64,000 nucleotides of DNA from Zootoca vivipara (lineage: Eukaryota), in the NCBI RefSeq assembly GCF_963506605.1, contig NC_083277.1, forward strand, positions 1,178,001 through 1,242,000, written 5' to 3'. The position numbers and the translations under genes were made by a program. This document shows, one piece after another, positions 23,799-35,190 of the stretch. Numbering within the stretch: the stretch's first letter is position 1; each line of letters starts with the position of its first letter. The notes beneath the pieces are model-generated. The model saw nothing but the letters and a program-made list of their open reading frames with translations. It did not search any database and was not told the origin of the DNA.

Positions 23799-23847
<49 letters not shown>

Positions 23848-24170
23848 TTATTATTTATACCCCGCCCATCTGGCCGGGTTCCCCCAGCCACTCTGGGCGG
23901 CTTCCCAAAAAACAGAAGTTCTAAAATACAGAAATCCATCAAACATTAAAAGCTTCCCTAAACAGGGCTGCCTTAAGATGCCTTCTAAAGGTCTGGTAAT
24001 TGTTGTTCTCTTTGACCTCTGGTGGGAGGGCATTCCACAGGGTGGGTGCCACTACCGAGAAGGCCCTCTGCCTGGTTCCCTGTAACTTGGCTTCTCGTAA
24101 TGAGGGAACCGCCAGAAGGCCCCCGGAGCTGGACCTCAGTGTCCGGGCAGAACGATGGGGGTGGAGATGT
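23799..24170 (-). mobile_element. L2 LINE 3' end with (ATA)n tail
   Basis: TATACCCCGCCCATCTGG...GCCACTCTGGGCGGCTT terminus shared with the long L2 at 54725. Confidence 0.8.
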
Positions 24171-24174
24171 ATTT

Positions 24175-25030
24175 ATTGATTAAAAAGAATTACAAAGAAT
24201 AAACAAACATAAAACACACAAATACAAACACAAAACACACAAATACACACACTGATACAAATACAGATACACATTGTTTGTTTCAGTTTCTATCATTTAC
24301 ACTATTTCTACTTTCCGTTGACCTCCAATTATACTTGCTGTTTCTTTTCTGTTAATTAAGTAATGTCACACGATATTTTCCCCCATATTACCTTTTTCTT
24401 TTTTCTATTCGTATTCTCTGTCACCTTTGTAATATCGATTGATGGTCTAACAGGCTCAGTCTAGTTTTGCCAGTGGAGTTCTTTTTATATTGTTATTTTT
24501 TAAATATTCTTCAAATACTCCCCGTTCTTTATAGACATTTTGTTTCATCTGCCCTCTCATTTTGGCTGTCATTTTTGCTAGCTGCATGTATTCTACCATT
24601 AATATTCTCCAATCTGTTACTGTGGGTACACTTTTGTTTTTCCAGTTCCTTGCAATTATAATTCTTCCCGCCACTGTTCCGTACATAAGCAATGTTCTCT
24701 TGGATCTTTCTATTTCCTTTGGTAGTAGACTTAACAAAAATAGCTCAGGTTTTTTAAATTAAAATTACATTTCAGCATTTTCTTTAGTTCCTCGTAAATG
24801 TTGTTCCAGAGTTCACTGACCTCCTTGCAGGTCCACCACCTATGCATGTATGAACCGTTCTCTTTTTCACACCTCCAACACATGGGGGACCTATTCTTGT
24901 ACATTTTAGACATCTTTTCAGGTGTTATGTACCACCTGTACATCATTTTTAGGATATTCTCCTTCAAATTGTAACAGGCCGTGAATTTGATGTCTACCTG
25001 CCAAAGTTTTTCCCATTGGTCTATCATGAT
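24175..25030 (-). mobile_element. L1-clade LINE ORF2 C-terminal fragment
   Basis: KMMYRWY and CWRCEKENGSYMHRWWTC cysteine-rich domain, IARNWK; frameshifted. Confidence 0.8.
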
Positions 25031-26397
25031 GTTATACTGTATTCTAATACAGTATTCTAATATGGACCTGGCGTGCTCTGGTCCATGGGGTCACGAAGAG
25101 TCGGACACGACTAAATGACTAAACAACAACAACATTCTAATATTCCTGTTGGAAGCCGCCCAGAGTGGCTGGGGGAACCCAGCCAGATGGGCGGGGTATA
25201 AATAAAAAATATTATGTTATTATTAACCTATAAGATATCAAGTAGATAAAGTATTACACAACTTTTAGAAGACATCTGAAGGCACCCCCGTATCGGGAGG
25301 TTTTTAATGTTTGATGTTTTTATAATGTTTTTATATGCGCACGGTGGGTGAAGCGAAGCTTGCACAGCTGGACAACTCTCTGCTCGGGCCTCACCTCTCT
25401 CCCACCCTCATTCCGACAGGGCTGCTCTTTTTCATAGCTCTATGGGCAGGCGCATTCGGAAAAGAACCCGAAGTACTTCGGATATTTCCAAGCCGAAGGG
25501 GAGAGGGGGAGGGGGGAGGAGCCCCTCCCTCCGAGGGGGCGCGTCCTTGGAGACCCCGCAAGAAAGGAAATCGGAATAGAATAGCGGACGAGGGAAGCGG
25601 AGGGCCAGAAAGGAGGACAAAGAGGTAATGCTGGAGGGCGGGGAAGGGGGAGAAAGAAAGGGGGCAGAGACCCCCCCCCAAGAACAACTCCCTTCCTGGG
25701 CGCTATCTGCACAGGCCCCGATCCATGCAATCCGGCTGCAGATCGGGGACTTTCCATTCGCAGGGTTTGCATTGCACAGCCCCTCCCCCCAATTAAAAAA
25801 AACAACAGAGATCAGCCTTCCTGCCTTTTACTATGGGGGTTCAGGGGGGGCCTTTCTGCAGAGGGAGCACCGGCAGGGTTTGCATTGCAAGGTCTCCTTT
25901 GCAGCGCAAGGAGGTGCTCAGCTGTCAAGAGATGCTCAGCTCCCCTGCCCCCCCCCCCCGCGAGGACCCCCATCCCCAAGCAGGGCTGGGACTTGAAGCG
26001 AGGCCTCCATTCCGCGCCCCTCTGCGTGGCAAGAATCCCTGGGACGCCGCGATCCTGGCTCCGCGCAGGTTCCGAGGCAAGGGTTGGTGGGTCCCTTTTG
26101 TCTAGAGATGGGGAGACCACGGAAGGGTTAAAGGGGACGAGAGAGGCCTGGATAGAGACCCCTCCCCGGTCTCCCTCCTCTCCCCCCCCCTTGCTCACCT
26201 GGCGAGGCCCCTCCGGATGGAGAGGGGGGGCGCTTGGGAGGAATTTGGCATGAAGGGTGAGCCTGCCAGGGGGCCTCTGGGCAAAGGGGAGACTGGGGGC
26301 GGAGGGAGAAGGGCAGAGGAAGTTGGGGGGCAGAGGGAGGGAGGGAAGCATCCCTGGGGGAGGGATCAATGTCAGCATTGGCAGGAGGTGGAGAAAG

Positions 26398-26431
<34 letters not shown>

Positions 26432-26746
26432 ACTTGGGGGCTGCCTGCCTTGACTTCTCCCTCCTGCCCAGGAATCTGCCATGACTTCGGGTAGACCAGG
26501 GAGAGATCCCTGAACAGGAGGCCTGATCCACCCACCGTCTCCTCCCTTGAAGCTCAGTCCTTGCCCTGCCATAAGACCCAGATCAGCAGCTGCATGGGGC
26601 TCTGGGGGCTCTTATAGGGAGTCTAACCATGGGGGGGAAGAGGAAAGGGAGGAAGCCCACTTTATGATTTCTGCCCTTTGAGGCTTCTGTCTTGGCAACT
26701 ACAGTCTCACCCACATGCCTGTGTTTCTCTGGAGAAGCATCTAAAG

Positions 26747-27024
26747 CAGGCGTTGGCAACATTTTCCAGTTGTGGGCCGGATCATTCCCACGGGCCGGAT
26801 ATGCACCAGGCATGTGCAGAAGCGATTTCTGGTGCCCATGCTGCCCATTTCCAAAATGTCTGCAGCACCAGAAATTGTTTCTGCGGCTGCACAGACACGA
26901 CTTCTGGTGCCGCTCAGTGAGTCCCCGTGCCACACCGGTTTAGCGCAGCGCACGGGCGACTTGCCGAGCGGGCGGCTCGGTTCACAGGCGGTCCGCGGGC
27001 CGTATAAATGGCCTCTGACCTATG
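26747..27024. mobile_element. hAT-type MITE (first of tandem pair)
   Basis: Flanked by ATCTAAAG at 26739-26746 and 27025-27032. Confidence 0.7.
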
Positions 27025-27032
27025 ATCTAAAG

Positions 27033-27361
27033 CAGGGGTGGTCAACTCCGAAGACACTGTGATCTACTCACAGAGTTAAAAACTGGCAGTGATCTACCCC
27101 CTCTTGGGGGGTTCAGGTCAAAGTTGTTGAGATTTTTTTAGGAAGGCCCATTTTTAGGGGTTCAGGTCAGAGTTGTTGAGCTTTTCTGAGGCGGAAGGAA
27201 AGCCCTGTTTTTTGGGGGGTGAATAGCTAAAATGTTGAACATTTTTTAGGGGGGCCAAAGTTGTTGAGCTTCTTTGGGGGGAGCCAGTGATCTATCAGTG
27301 ATCTGCCACAGACGTCCAGTGATCTACCGGTGGATCATGATCTACCCATTGGATGTGCCTG
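27033..27361. mobile_element. hAT-type MITE (second of tandem pair)
   Basis: CAGGGGTGGTCAA...TTGGATGTGCCTG; flanked by ATCTAAAG / ATCCAAAG. Confidence 0.7.
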
Positions 27362-27383
27362 ATCCAAAGGGTTCCTACCCAGA

Positions 27384-27846
27384 GGTTGTTGTTGTTTAGT
27401 CGTTTAGTCGTGTCCAACTCTTCGTGACCCCATGGACCATAGCACGCCAGGCACTCCTGTCTTCCACTGCCTCCCGCAGTTTGGTCAAACTCATGTTGGT
27501 AGCTTCGAGAACACTGTCCAACCATCTTGTCCTCTGTCGTCCCCTTCTCCTAGTGCCCTCCATCTTTCCCAACATCAGGGTCTTTTCCAGGGAGTCTTCT
27601 CTTCTCATGAGGTGGCCAAAGTATTGGAGCCTCTGCTTCAGGATCTGTCCTTCTAGTGAGCACACTGGGCTGATTTCCTTCAGAATGGATAGGTTTGATC
27701 TTCTAGCAGTCCATGGGACTCTCATGAGTCTCCTCCAGCACCATAATTTAAAGCATCAATTCTTCGGCGATCAGCCTTCTTTATGGTCCAGCTCTCACTT
27801 CCATACATCACTACTGGGAAAACCATAGCTTTAACTATATGGACCT
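27384..27846 (-). mobile_element. RTE-BovB 3' fragment
   Basis: Reverse copy of BovB C-terminus and (CAA)n tail. Confidence 0.92.
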
Positions 27847-28037
27847 GTGCCCAACTCCTTCTCTCCATTCCCCCAGGTTTCAATTATTCCCACTACTCTA
27901 AATCAGATCTCACGTCTGTGGGATTTAAGCTATAGGGAAGATCGCTATGCAAATGGATGGGTTCCTGCCCCCCCTCAAGAACCTGCATTATTATTATTGC
28001 AATTGTGTTTATTTATTTATTCAACCTATTAGTCTAT

Positions 28038-28304
28038 TTTATATGCCTGTTGTCTTTGTCCATGGAGTCTTCTTGGCAGGGATACTGGAGTGGCTTGCCA
28101 GTTCCTTCTCCAGGTGGATCACGTTTAGTCAAAACTCTCCACTATGACCTGTCCATCTTGGGTGGCCCTGCATGGCATAGCTCATAGCTTCTCTGAGTTA
28201 TTCAAGCCCCTTCGCCACGACAAGGCATTGATCCATGAAGGGGCCTGGCGTGCTATGGTCCATGGGGTCACGAAGAGTCGGACACGACTAAATGACTAAA
28301 CAAC
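28038..28304 (+). mobile_element. RTE-BovB insertion: inverted 5' UTR joined to last ~60 bp
   Basis: 28038-28243 near-identical to 2778-2982; followed by CCTGGCGTGCTATGG...GACTAAACAAC. Confidence 0.85.
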
Positions 28305-29884
28305 ATTAGCAGCCCAAAGTGACTATTTTTATTGTTGTTGTTATTGTTCCTGTTGTTATTGTTATGTTTCACGGTGACACTCCAAGGTCATTATCGTTAT
28401 GTTCCTGATAAGGGTGACACTCCAAGGTCTTCTTTGTCATGTTTCCTGTATTGGGGGGGGGGCAGAGAGAAGGCTGTTCTCAGGGCCTGCTCCACGGTGA
28501 GGGAGACTGAGGCAGCCCCCTCAGGCAGCAGATGCAGAGAGGGGCAAGGAGGGGACTGAGCTGAGTGCCCTTTGGCCTGCCCTGATTTCACCCTCTATCC
28601 TCTCATCCAGTGGAAGGTGCTGTCCCATTGCCAGTGTCCTAGACACAATGCAGCAGCCTCAGGAAGTCAGTGGTGCAGGATGATTTGGGAATGTGTGCAG
28701 TTGGACTGTATCAGGAAGATATTGGAGATCATGGAAGAAGGAGGAAACGAAATACAGATATTCAGGGTTTTCAGGGGAGGAGGAAGAAGGGGAAAGTGTG
28801 TCCCACCAGATAAGGCTCCCCTCATCCCTGGCCATATGCCATCTTTCCTTGGGATGATGGTACTTTGTGTCCAACAACATCTGGAGGGCCAGAGATGTCT
28901 CACCTCAGCATAGAAGGTTCCCCTAGGGCAGTGGGCTCAGGGGCCCAGTTACTTGGGAGTTGGAACTGGATCTTAAGAGTTCTTGAGACCACAACACTAT
29001 AAATCCACGGTGTCCACACTCAGTAGCGTAGAAACCTCTGCCGGCCCCTGGGAAATAGCTTTTTTAAGGAAAACATTCGCCCCCAAAGTTGCTTGCTTAG
29101 GAAGGTACAGTGGGTCTTCTCAGCCTGCAGCACCAGGTCTGCCCCTCCCCCCACCCTGCCTTCCTCCGCTGCTGCCCACACTAAAGGTGTGTGTGGTGAA
29201 ATCCCAAAAGATTTCTGGCTCCTATTCGAAAGAGGTCCAGTTGATATTCCAGAAGAAAGTGTGGCTAAGATTCTAATACACAATCGTGGCTAAGAAAAAC
29301 AGCCATGGAATATGAAACTGATTTGAAGATTGGCTTCTTATTTCCATTGAGGCGGAAACATCACTGGTTTCACTTCCTTTCTCCAGAGTAATCTTCTTTC
29401 TTTTCTTTCCCACAATCAGTATTCTTCACCTTTAATATTCACCTTTTCAGCGTCACACATATTTTTATATTGTGATCTTCAGATGTTGAGAAATATACAA
29501 ATTTAATAAATAGTTTCCAGTAGGAGCAAAGGGGGAAGAACAGTGAGAGAGGCTTGAGCTGGGATTCTCCACTAAGATAGGCCAGTGGCAGGAGGCAGGT
29601 GCGAGACTCGGCGGCATATAATTATTACCAATAGTAATTGGGGTGGGCGTTTTAATCTGACCTTCCCAGCAGTCAGGCTGCAGCTGGTTTCCTTCCTCCC
29701 AGTATGTTTCCGAGCACAGTTCAAAGTGTTGGTACTGACCTTTAAAGCCCTAAACGGCCTCGGTCCTGTATACCTGAAGGAGTGTCTCCACCCCCATCGT
29801 TCTGCCCAGACACTGAGATCCAGCACCGAGGGTCTTCTGGCGGTTCCCTCATTGCGAGAAGTGAGGTTACAGGGAATGAACCAG

Positions 29885-30018
29885 GTAGGTAGCCGTGTTG
29901 GTCTGGATCGAAGTAAAATAAAAAAATTCCTTCAGTAGCACCTTAAAGACCAACTAAGTTTTTATTTTGGTATGAGCTTTCGTGTGCATGCACACTTCTT
30001 CAGATACAGTGAAATGGA
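29885..30018 (-). mobile_element. Penelope-like element terminal-repeat fragment
   Basis: 14-bp TSD AGGGAATGAACCAG (29871-29884, 30019-30032); related copies at 40001-40177, 44480-44625, 37890-37985. Confidence 0.75.
29970..30007 (-). ncRNA. Minimal type I hammerhead ribozyme motif
   Basis: GUAU-CUGAAGA-A-GUGUG-CAUG-CACAC-GAAA-GC-UC-AUAC: conserved core, stem I GUAU/AUAC, stem II GUGUG/CACAC, palindromic AGCU stem III. Confidence 0.75.
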
Positions 30019-30249
30019 AGGGAATGAACCAGACAGAGGGCCTTCTCGGTAGTGGCACCAGCCCTGTGGAACGCCCTCCCAGCAGATGTCAAGGCAATAA
30101 GCAACTATTTTACTTTTAGAAGACAACTGAAGGCAGCCCTGTTTAGGGAAGTTTTTAATGTTTGCTGCTGTACTGTTTTTAATATTCGGTTGGAAACCGC
30201 CCAGAGTGGCTTGGGAAACCCAGCCAGATGGGCGGGGTATAAATATTAA

Positions 30250-30292
<43 letters not shown>

Positions 30293-30852
30293 TGCATCTC
30301 CAGCTCTCTCCATGCAATAATGCAAGGCTGACAGATTTTCCTACCTGAGCACTCCTTCAGCCGACCACAAGCACCAAGCCTTGTCTTATATATGGGTCTC
30401 CAAAAATGGTCAGTATGGACCTCCTGAGGCCAAAGGGACTGTGCAGGTGATTAATAAACATTTGGAGGTCAAAGGGGACAACATGTGGCCTAAGGGGTGG
30501 AGGATAATTGTGCAGAGGATGAAGAACTTCATGATGAACTTAGGAGCCTGATGAATAGGGGGCAGGTTCATGGACATAGAGCAGCTCCCTTTCCTGTGAG
30601 AAACCACTTTATTTAAAAAGTAAACCCCAGAGTTCCACAATATTCTAAGATAATGCTTCTGAAATGCATTACATTATTTCATTTGTATTTCCTAAAAACT
30701 GGGAACATGGAGGACAAGAGAGAATATACAAGATGTTAAAATAAGAGGAGGTGCTAATTGAGATGTGTAATATTCATTTCTTCTCTTCCTAGACCCCCCG
30801 GTCAATAGCAGACAATGGAGAAGGCAGTCAAAATTCTGGTGGGTCATGTCCA

Positions 30853-32346
30853 ATGGGAATAACGAAGAAATCATTTAAATTCATGGAATGTGGAAAGAGA
30901 GAGGAGAAGCAATTTGAAAGTATGGAGTATGGGAAGAGCTTTACTGAAAGGGAAACACATAGAAAACATCAACAGACTCACACTGGGGAGAAACCATTTA
31001 AATGCATGGAGTGTGGAAAGTGCTTCACTGTTAGTGGAAAACTTAGAATTCATCAACGGACTCACACGGGGGAGAAACCATTTAAATGCATCGAGTGTGG
31101 AAAGTGCTTCAGTAGGAGTGACACCCTGAATTTGCATCATCAGACTCACACAGGACAGAAACCATTTAAATGCATGGAGTGTGGAAAGAGCTTCACTGAT
31201 AGTGGAACATTAAGAAAACATCAACGGACCCACACAGATGAGAAACCATTTGAATGCATGGAATGTGGAAAGAGCTTCAGAGGCAGTGGAACACTTAGAA
31301 TCCATCAACGGGTTCACACAGGAGAAAAACCTTTTAAATGTTTGGAGTGTGGAAAGAGTTTCAGCAGGAGTGGATCCCTGAAAATTCATCGCCAACGGAT
31401 TCACACAGGGGAAAAACCATTTAAATGTATGCTGTGTGGTAAGAGCTTCTCTGATAACCGAGCACTTAGAAGCCATCATCGAACTCACACAGGGGAAAAA
31501 CCATATAAATGTATGGATTGTGGAAAGAGCTTCAGTCAGAGTGGAGTACTAAGAAAACATAAACGGACTCACACGGGGGAGAAACCATTTAAATGCATGG
31601 AATGTGGAAAGAACTTTATCGATGGTGCAGTACTTAGTATCCATCATCGAACTCACACAGGGGAAAAACCATTTCAATGTATGGACTGTGGAAAGAGCTT
31701 CGGACAGAGTGGAGCACTAAGAATCCATCAACGGACTCACACAGGGGAGAAACCATTTAATTGCATGGAGTGCGGCAAGAGCTTCACTGATGATGGAACA
31801 CTTAGAAGACATCAATGGACCCACACAGGCGAGACACCATATAAATGTATGGAGTGTGGAAAGAGCTTCAATGATAGTGGAACACTTAGAATTCATCAAC
31901 GGACGCACACAGGGGAAAAACCATTTAAATGCATGGAATGTGGAAAGAGCTTTATTGATAGTAGAACACTTAGAGTTCATCAACGGACTCACACAGGGGA
32001 GAAACCATTTAAATGTATGGAGTGTGGAAAGAACTTCAGTCAGAGTGGAGCACTTAGAATTCATCAACGGACTCACACAGGGGAGAAACCATTTAAATGC
32101 ATGGAATGTGGAAAGAGCTTTATTAACGGTACAGCACTTACTATCCATCATCAAACTCACACAGGGGAAAAAGCATTTGAATGTATGGAGTGTGGAAAGG
32201 GCTTCAGTCAGAGTGTACATCTTAGAATTCATCAATGGATTCACACAGGGGAGAAACCATTTAATTGCATGGAGTGTGGAAAGAGTTACACTGAGGTTAG
32301 AAATCTTAGAAGACATCAACAGACTCACTCGGGGACAAGCAAATAA
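30853..32346 (+). CDS. C2H2 zinc-finger protein (ZNF-B), 16 intact fingers plus one degenerate N-terminal finger
   Basis: 497-aa ORF with TGEKP-linked fingers; acceptor TTCTCTTCCTAG at ~30792; inverted paralog of ZNF-A. Confidence 0.92.
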   Translation: MGITKKSFKFMECGKREEKQFESMEYGKSFTERETHRKHQQTHTGEKPFKCMECGKCFTVSGKLRIHQRTHTGEKPFKCIECGKCFSRSDTLNLHHQTHTGQKPFKCMECGKSFTDSGTLRKHQRTHTDEKPFECMECGKSFRGSGTLRIHQRVHTGEKPFKCLECGKSFSRSGSLKIHRQRIHTGEKPFKCMLCGKSFSDNRALRSHHRTHTGEKPYKCMDCGKSFSQSGVLRKHKRTHTGEKPFKCMECGKNFIDGAVLSIHHRTHTGEKPFQCMDCGKSFGQSGALRIHQRTHTGEKPFNCMECGKSFTDDGTLRRHQWTHTGETPYKCMECGKSFNDSGTLRIHQRTHTGEKPFKCMECGKSFIDSRTLRVHQRTHTGEKPFKCMECGKNFSQSGALRIHQRTHTGEKPFKCMECGKSFINGTALTIHHQTHTGEKAFECMECGKGFSQSVHLRIHQWIHTGEKPFNCMECGKSYTEVRNLRRHQQTHSGTSK

Positions 32347-32594
32347 ATGTATGGAGTGTGGAAAGAGCTTCAATAGAAGTGGAAACCTTAGCAAACACCA
32401 GCAAACTCAAAAACGGAAAACCACTTACTTATATGGAGCGTACTTATATGGAACGTAGAGCTTCAGTCCTGATGTTCTTACGAAACATTAATGGACTCAC
32501 AAGCAGGAAAAGCTTTAAGAGTTGAAACCCTACAATCCACAAACTGAAAAATCATAAATGGTTTGAATGGAAGGAGTGTGGGAAGTGCTTCAAT

Positions 32595-32645
<51 letters not shown>

Positions 32646-32650
<5 letters not shown>

Positions 32651-33073
32651 GTACCTCGGTTTATGAACACAATTGGTTCTGGAAGTCTGTTCATAAACTG
32701 AAGCGTTCATAAACTGAAGCGATACTTTCCCATTGAAAGTAATGGAAAGTGAATTAATCCGTTCCAGACAGTCCGCGGAGTACTTAAACTGAAGCGTTCA
32801 TAAACTGAAGCAAACTTTCCCATTGAAAGTAATGGAAAGTGGATTAATCTGTTCCAGACGGGTCCACGTAGTACTTAAACTGAAATGTTCATAAACTGAA
32901 GCATGGGTGTAATTGGCTCCGGAAGTCTGTTCATAAACTGAAGCGTTCATAAACTGAAGCGAACTTTCCCATTGAAAGTAATGGAAAATGAATTAATCCG
33001 TTCCAGATGGGTCCGCGGCGTTCATAAACCGAAAATTCATAAACCGAGGTGTTCATAAACCGAGGTTCCACTG
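32646..33073. mobile_element. Tc1/mariner (Tigger-like) MITE inserted in a (TA)n tract
   Basis: TIR AGTGGTACCTCGGTTTATGAAC / GTTCATAAACCGAGGTTCCACTG; TA flanks; absent in paralog near 7470. Confidence 0.85.
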
Positions 33074-33077
33074 TGTA

Positions 33078-33134
<57 letters not shown>

Positions 33135-33423
33135 ATTTACAAATTGCGTTCAAAAATCGAAGCATTCACTTCCCAGTTGTTGGTGTTTGAAATCCTCCAA
33201 TGTTTGCCTTCTGAAGCATTCGACAATCGAGATTCCACTAGTAGAGATTCCAGTAGTAGTGTGTTGTCCAATGATATCCATTCTTTTAACCAACACAAAG
33301 AGGCTGCCTCATAGTAGAAAATCTAGCAGTGCAAACCCGCCTCTATTTTTAGTATCTATCAAAATTTTATACTTGATCTCTGCCATTCGTTAAAGCTGTT
33401 TGTATTATTTATTATTGGTATCA

Positions 33424-33978
33424 TCTATATATATATAAATGTAAAAATGGTGAAACTGTGGGTCCACTTTTCTCCAAAACCGCTTGACCGATCGTCCTGA
33501 AATTTGGACACAACGGGTGTTCGCACAACCTTGCTGACATCGCATACCTGCGCAGGTACAGACCTACTTTTCCACAAACTAAAACAGCGCCCACAAATGG
33601 CGTTATTCCCTCAGCTCCTCCTCCTACACCCCCTCCCTTCCCGTGAAATCTACACCACACCCACCAACCCCGCCTCCACCACTCACATCCATCCATGAAG
33701 GCCAAACCAACTGAAAACAGGCCTTTTCCAGCAACAAGGCCCAACATTGCTAAGTGGAGGTAGGGGCCTGCCGGGGGGGGGGAATTGGGGCCGGAATAGA
33801 GGGCAGGGATAGGTAATGGGTCAGAACAGGGTGGGGGGAGACACAGGGATGAAACCTGCCCTCTCCACAGTATCTCGCCTCTGCTCAGGGGGACTCTGAG
33901 GCTCATGGGGATCTGAAGAGGGGATATTACGCTCCATCTCACAGACTAACGCACAGCAACGCGTGCAGGGCCAGCTAG
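33424..33978 (+). mobile_element. Non-autonomous Helitron (555 bp)
   Basis: 5' TC, 3' hairpin GCAC-N8-GTGC then CTAG; inserted between A and T with no TSD; empty site in paralog at 6906/6907. Confidence 0.92.
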
Positions 33979-34248
33979 TTTAGAATAAAAACAGTATCTT
34001 AGGGAAAACATTCCTCTTTATGGTTGAAATCCTTTGTAAAAGTGAAGGTTTCATCCTCCCCCATATTTCCAAAAGCTTTTTAACATCTTTTTATACCTTA
34101 ACATTATTGGAATATATTGTAATTCAGTGTTTTTCAAATAAACCCTTATTAATCTCCATCTATACAATGAACTCTTTTCACCCCTCATTATCATCAATGT
34201 TGAGTTTTGATGTGATCTAGTTCTTGGTTGGATCTCTACAGTCTAATC

Positions 34249-34594
34249 CAGTGTTTCTCAACCGCTGTTCCAACGCTGGCTGGTGTGCGGCGACGTGCGG
34301 CGATGAGAAGGGCGATTTGCATTGTCACGTGCCTGGCGGCCACCAATAGGCAGCGCTGACCTGCCGGAAAGCATTTCTCCTCTTTCTCAAAGCTCAGTGC
34401 AAACGAGCCTGGCGGCCGCCAATACCCAGCACTCACCTGCCGGAAAGCAATATTTGGCAAGTGTTTCTTACAGTCATAATTATAATATAGGGCGGCACAG
34501 AGTTAAATTTTTTAACTTTTTTAATGGTGGTGTGCCTCGTGATTTTTTTCACGGAACAAGTGTGCCGTGGCCCAAAAAAGGTTGAGAAACACTG
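34249..34594. mobile_element. hAT-type MITE (346 bp), cargo-less sibling of 46125-47166
   Basis: TIR CAGTGTTTCTCAACC / GGTTGAGAAACACTG; perfect 8-bp TSD GTCTAATC. Confidence 0.9.
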
Positions 34595-34884
34595 GTCTAA
34601 TCCTGTAAGCAGTTCCATCATGTTTCTTCTTCCCGCAGAATCCTTTGAATCAAAAGAACATGTTTCCTCTTGTTCTAATGGGTGTCTGAATCTCCAAGCA
34701 TCTAGTACATGGGTCGGCAAACTAAGTCCATGGGCTGGATCTGGCCTGCGGACGGTCCAGGAATCGCCGCGTGGATTGCCAGCGCAAGCGTGTAGCACCT
34801 TAACAGCATCATCTTGTAAAATCTTAAATAATTCAGCTGGAATATCATCACTTCCACTGGCCTTGTTATTAGCAGTGCTTTCTG

Positions 34885-35190
34885 GCGGTTCCCTCGCTAC
34901 GAGAAGCCAAGTTACAGGGAAGCAGGCAGAGGGAATGCCCTCCCACTAGAGGCCAAGTTACAGGGAAGCAGGCAGAGGGAATGCCCTCCCACTAGAGGTC
35001 AAAGAGAACAACAATTACCAGACCTTTAGAAGGCATCTCAAGGCAGCCCTGTTTAGGGAAGCTTTTAATGTTTGGTGGATTTCTGTATTTTAGTGTTTTG
35101 TTGGAAGCCGCCCAGAGTGGCTGGGGGAACCCGGCCAGATGGGCGGGGTATAAATAATAAATTATTATTTATTATTTATTATTTATTATT
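34885..35190 (+). mobile_element. L2 3' fragment nested in BovB internal fragments (34795-35395)
   Basis: L2 terminus and (TTA)n tail; flanks resemble RTE ORF sequence. Confidence 0.65.

Larger units (their letters stand above)
29690..30290 (+). mobile_element. L2 LINE 3' fragment with (TTA)n tail, interrupted by a Penelope-derived insert
   Basis: LPVCFRAQFKVLVLTFKALNGLGP peptide and L2 3' terminus. Confidence 0.85.

Noticed and set aside
28700-28745. Possible KRAB remnant (CTGTATCAGGAA...GAGATCATGGAAGAA, LYQE/EIMEE)
   Set aside because: The two pieces are out of frame and the upstream VTF/EW core is missing
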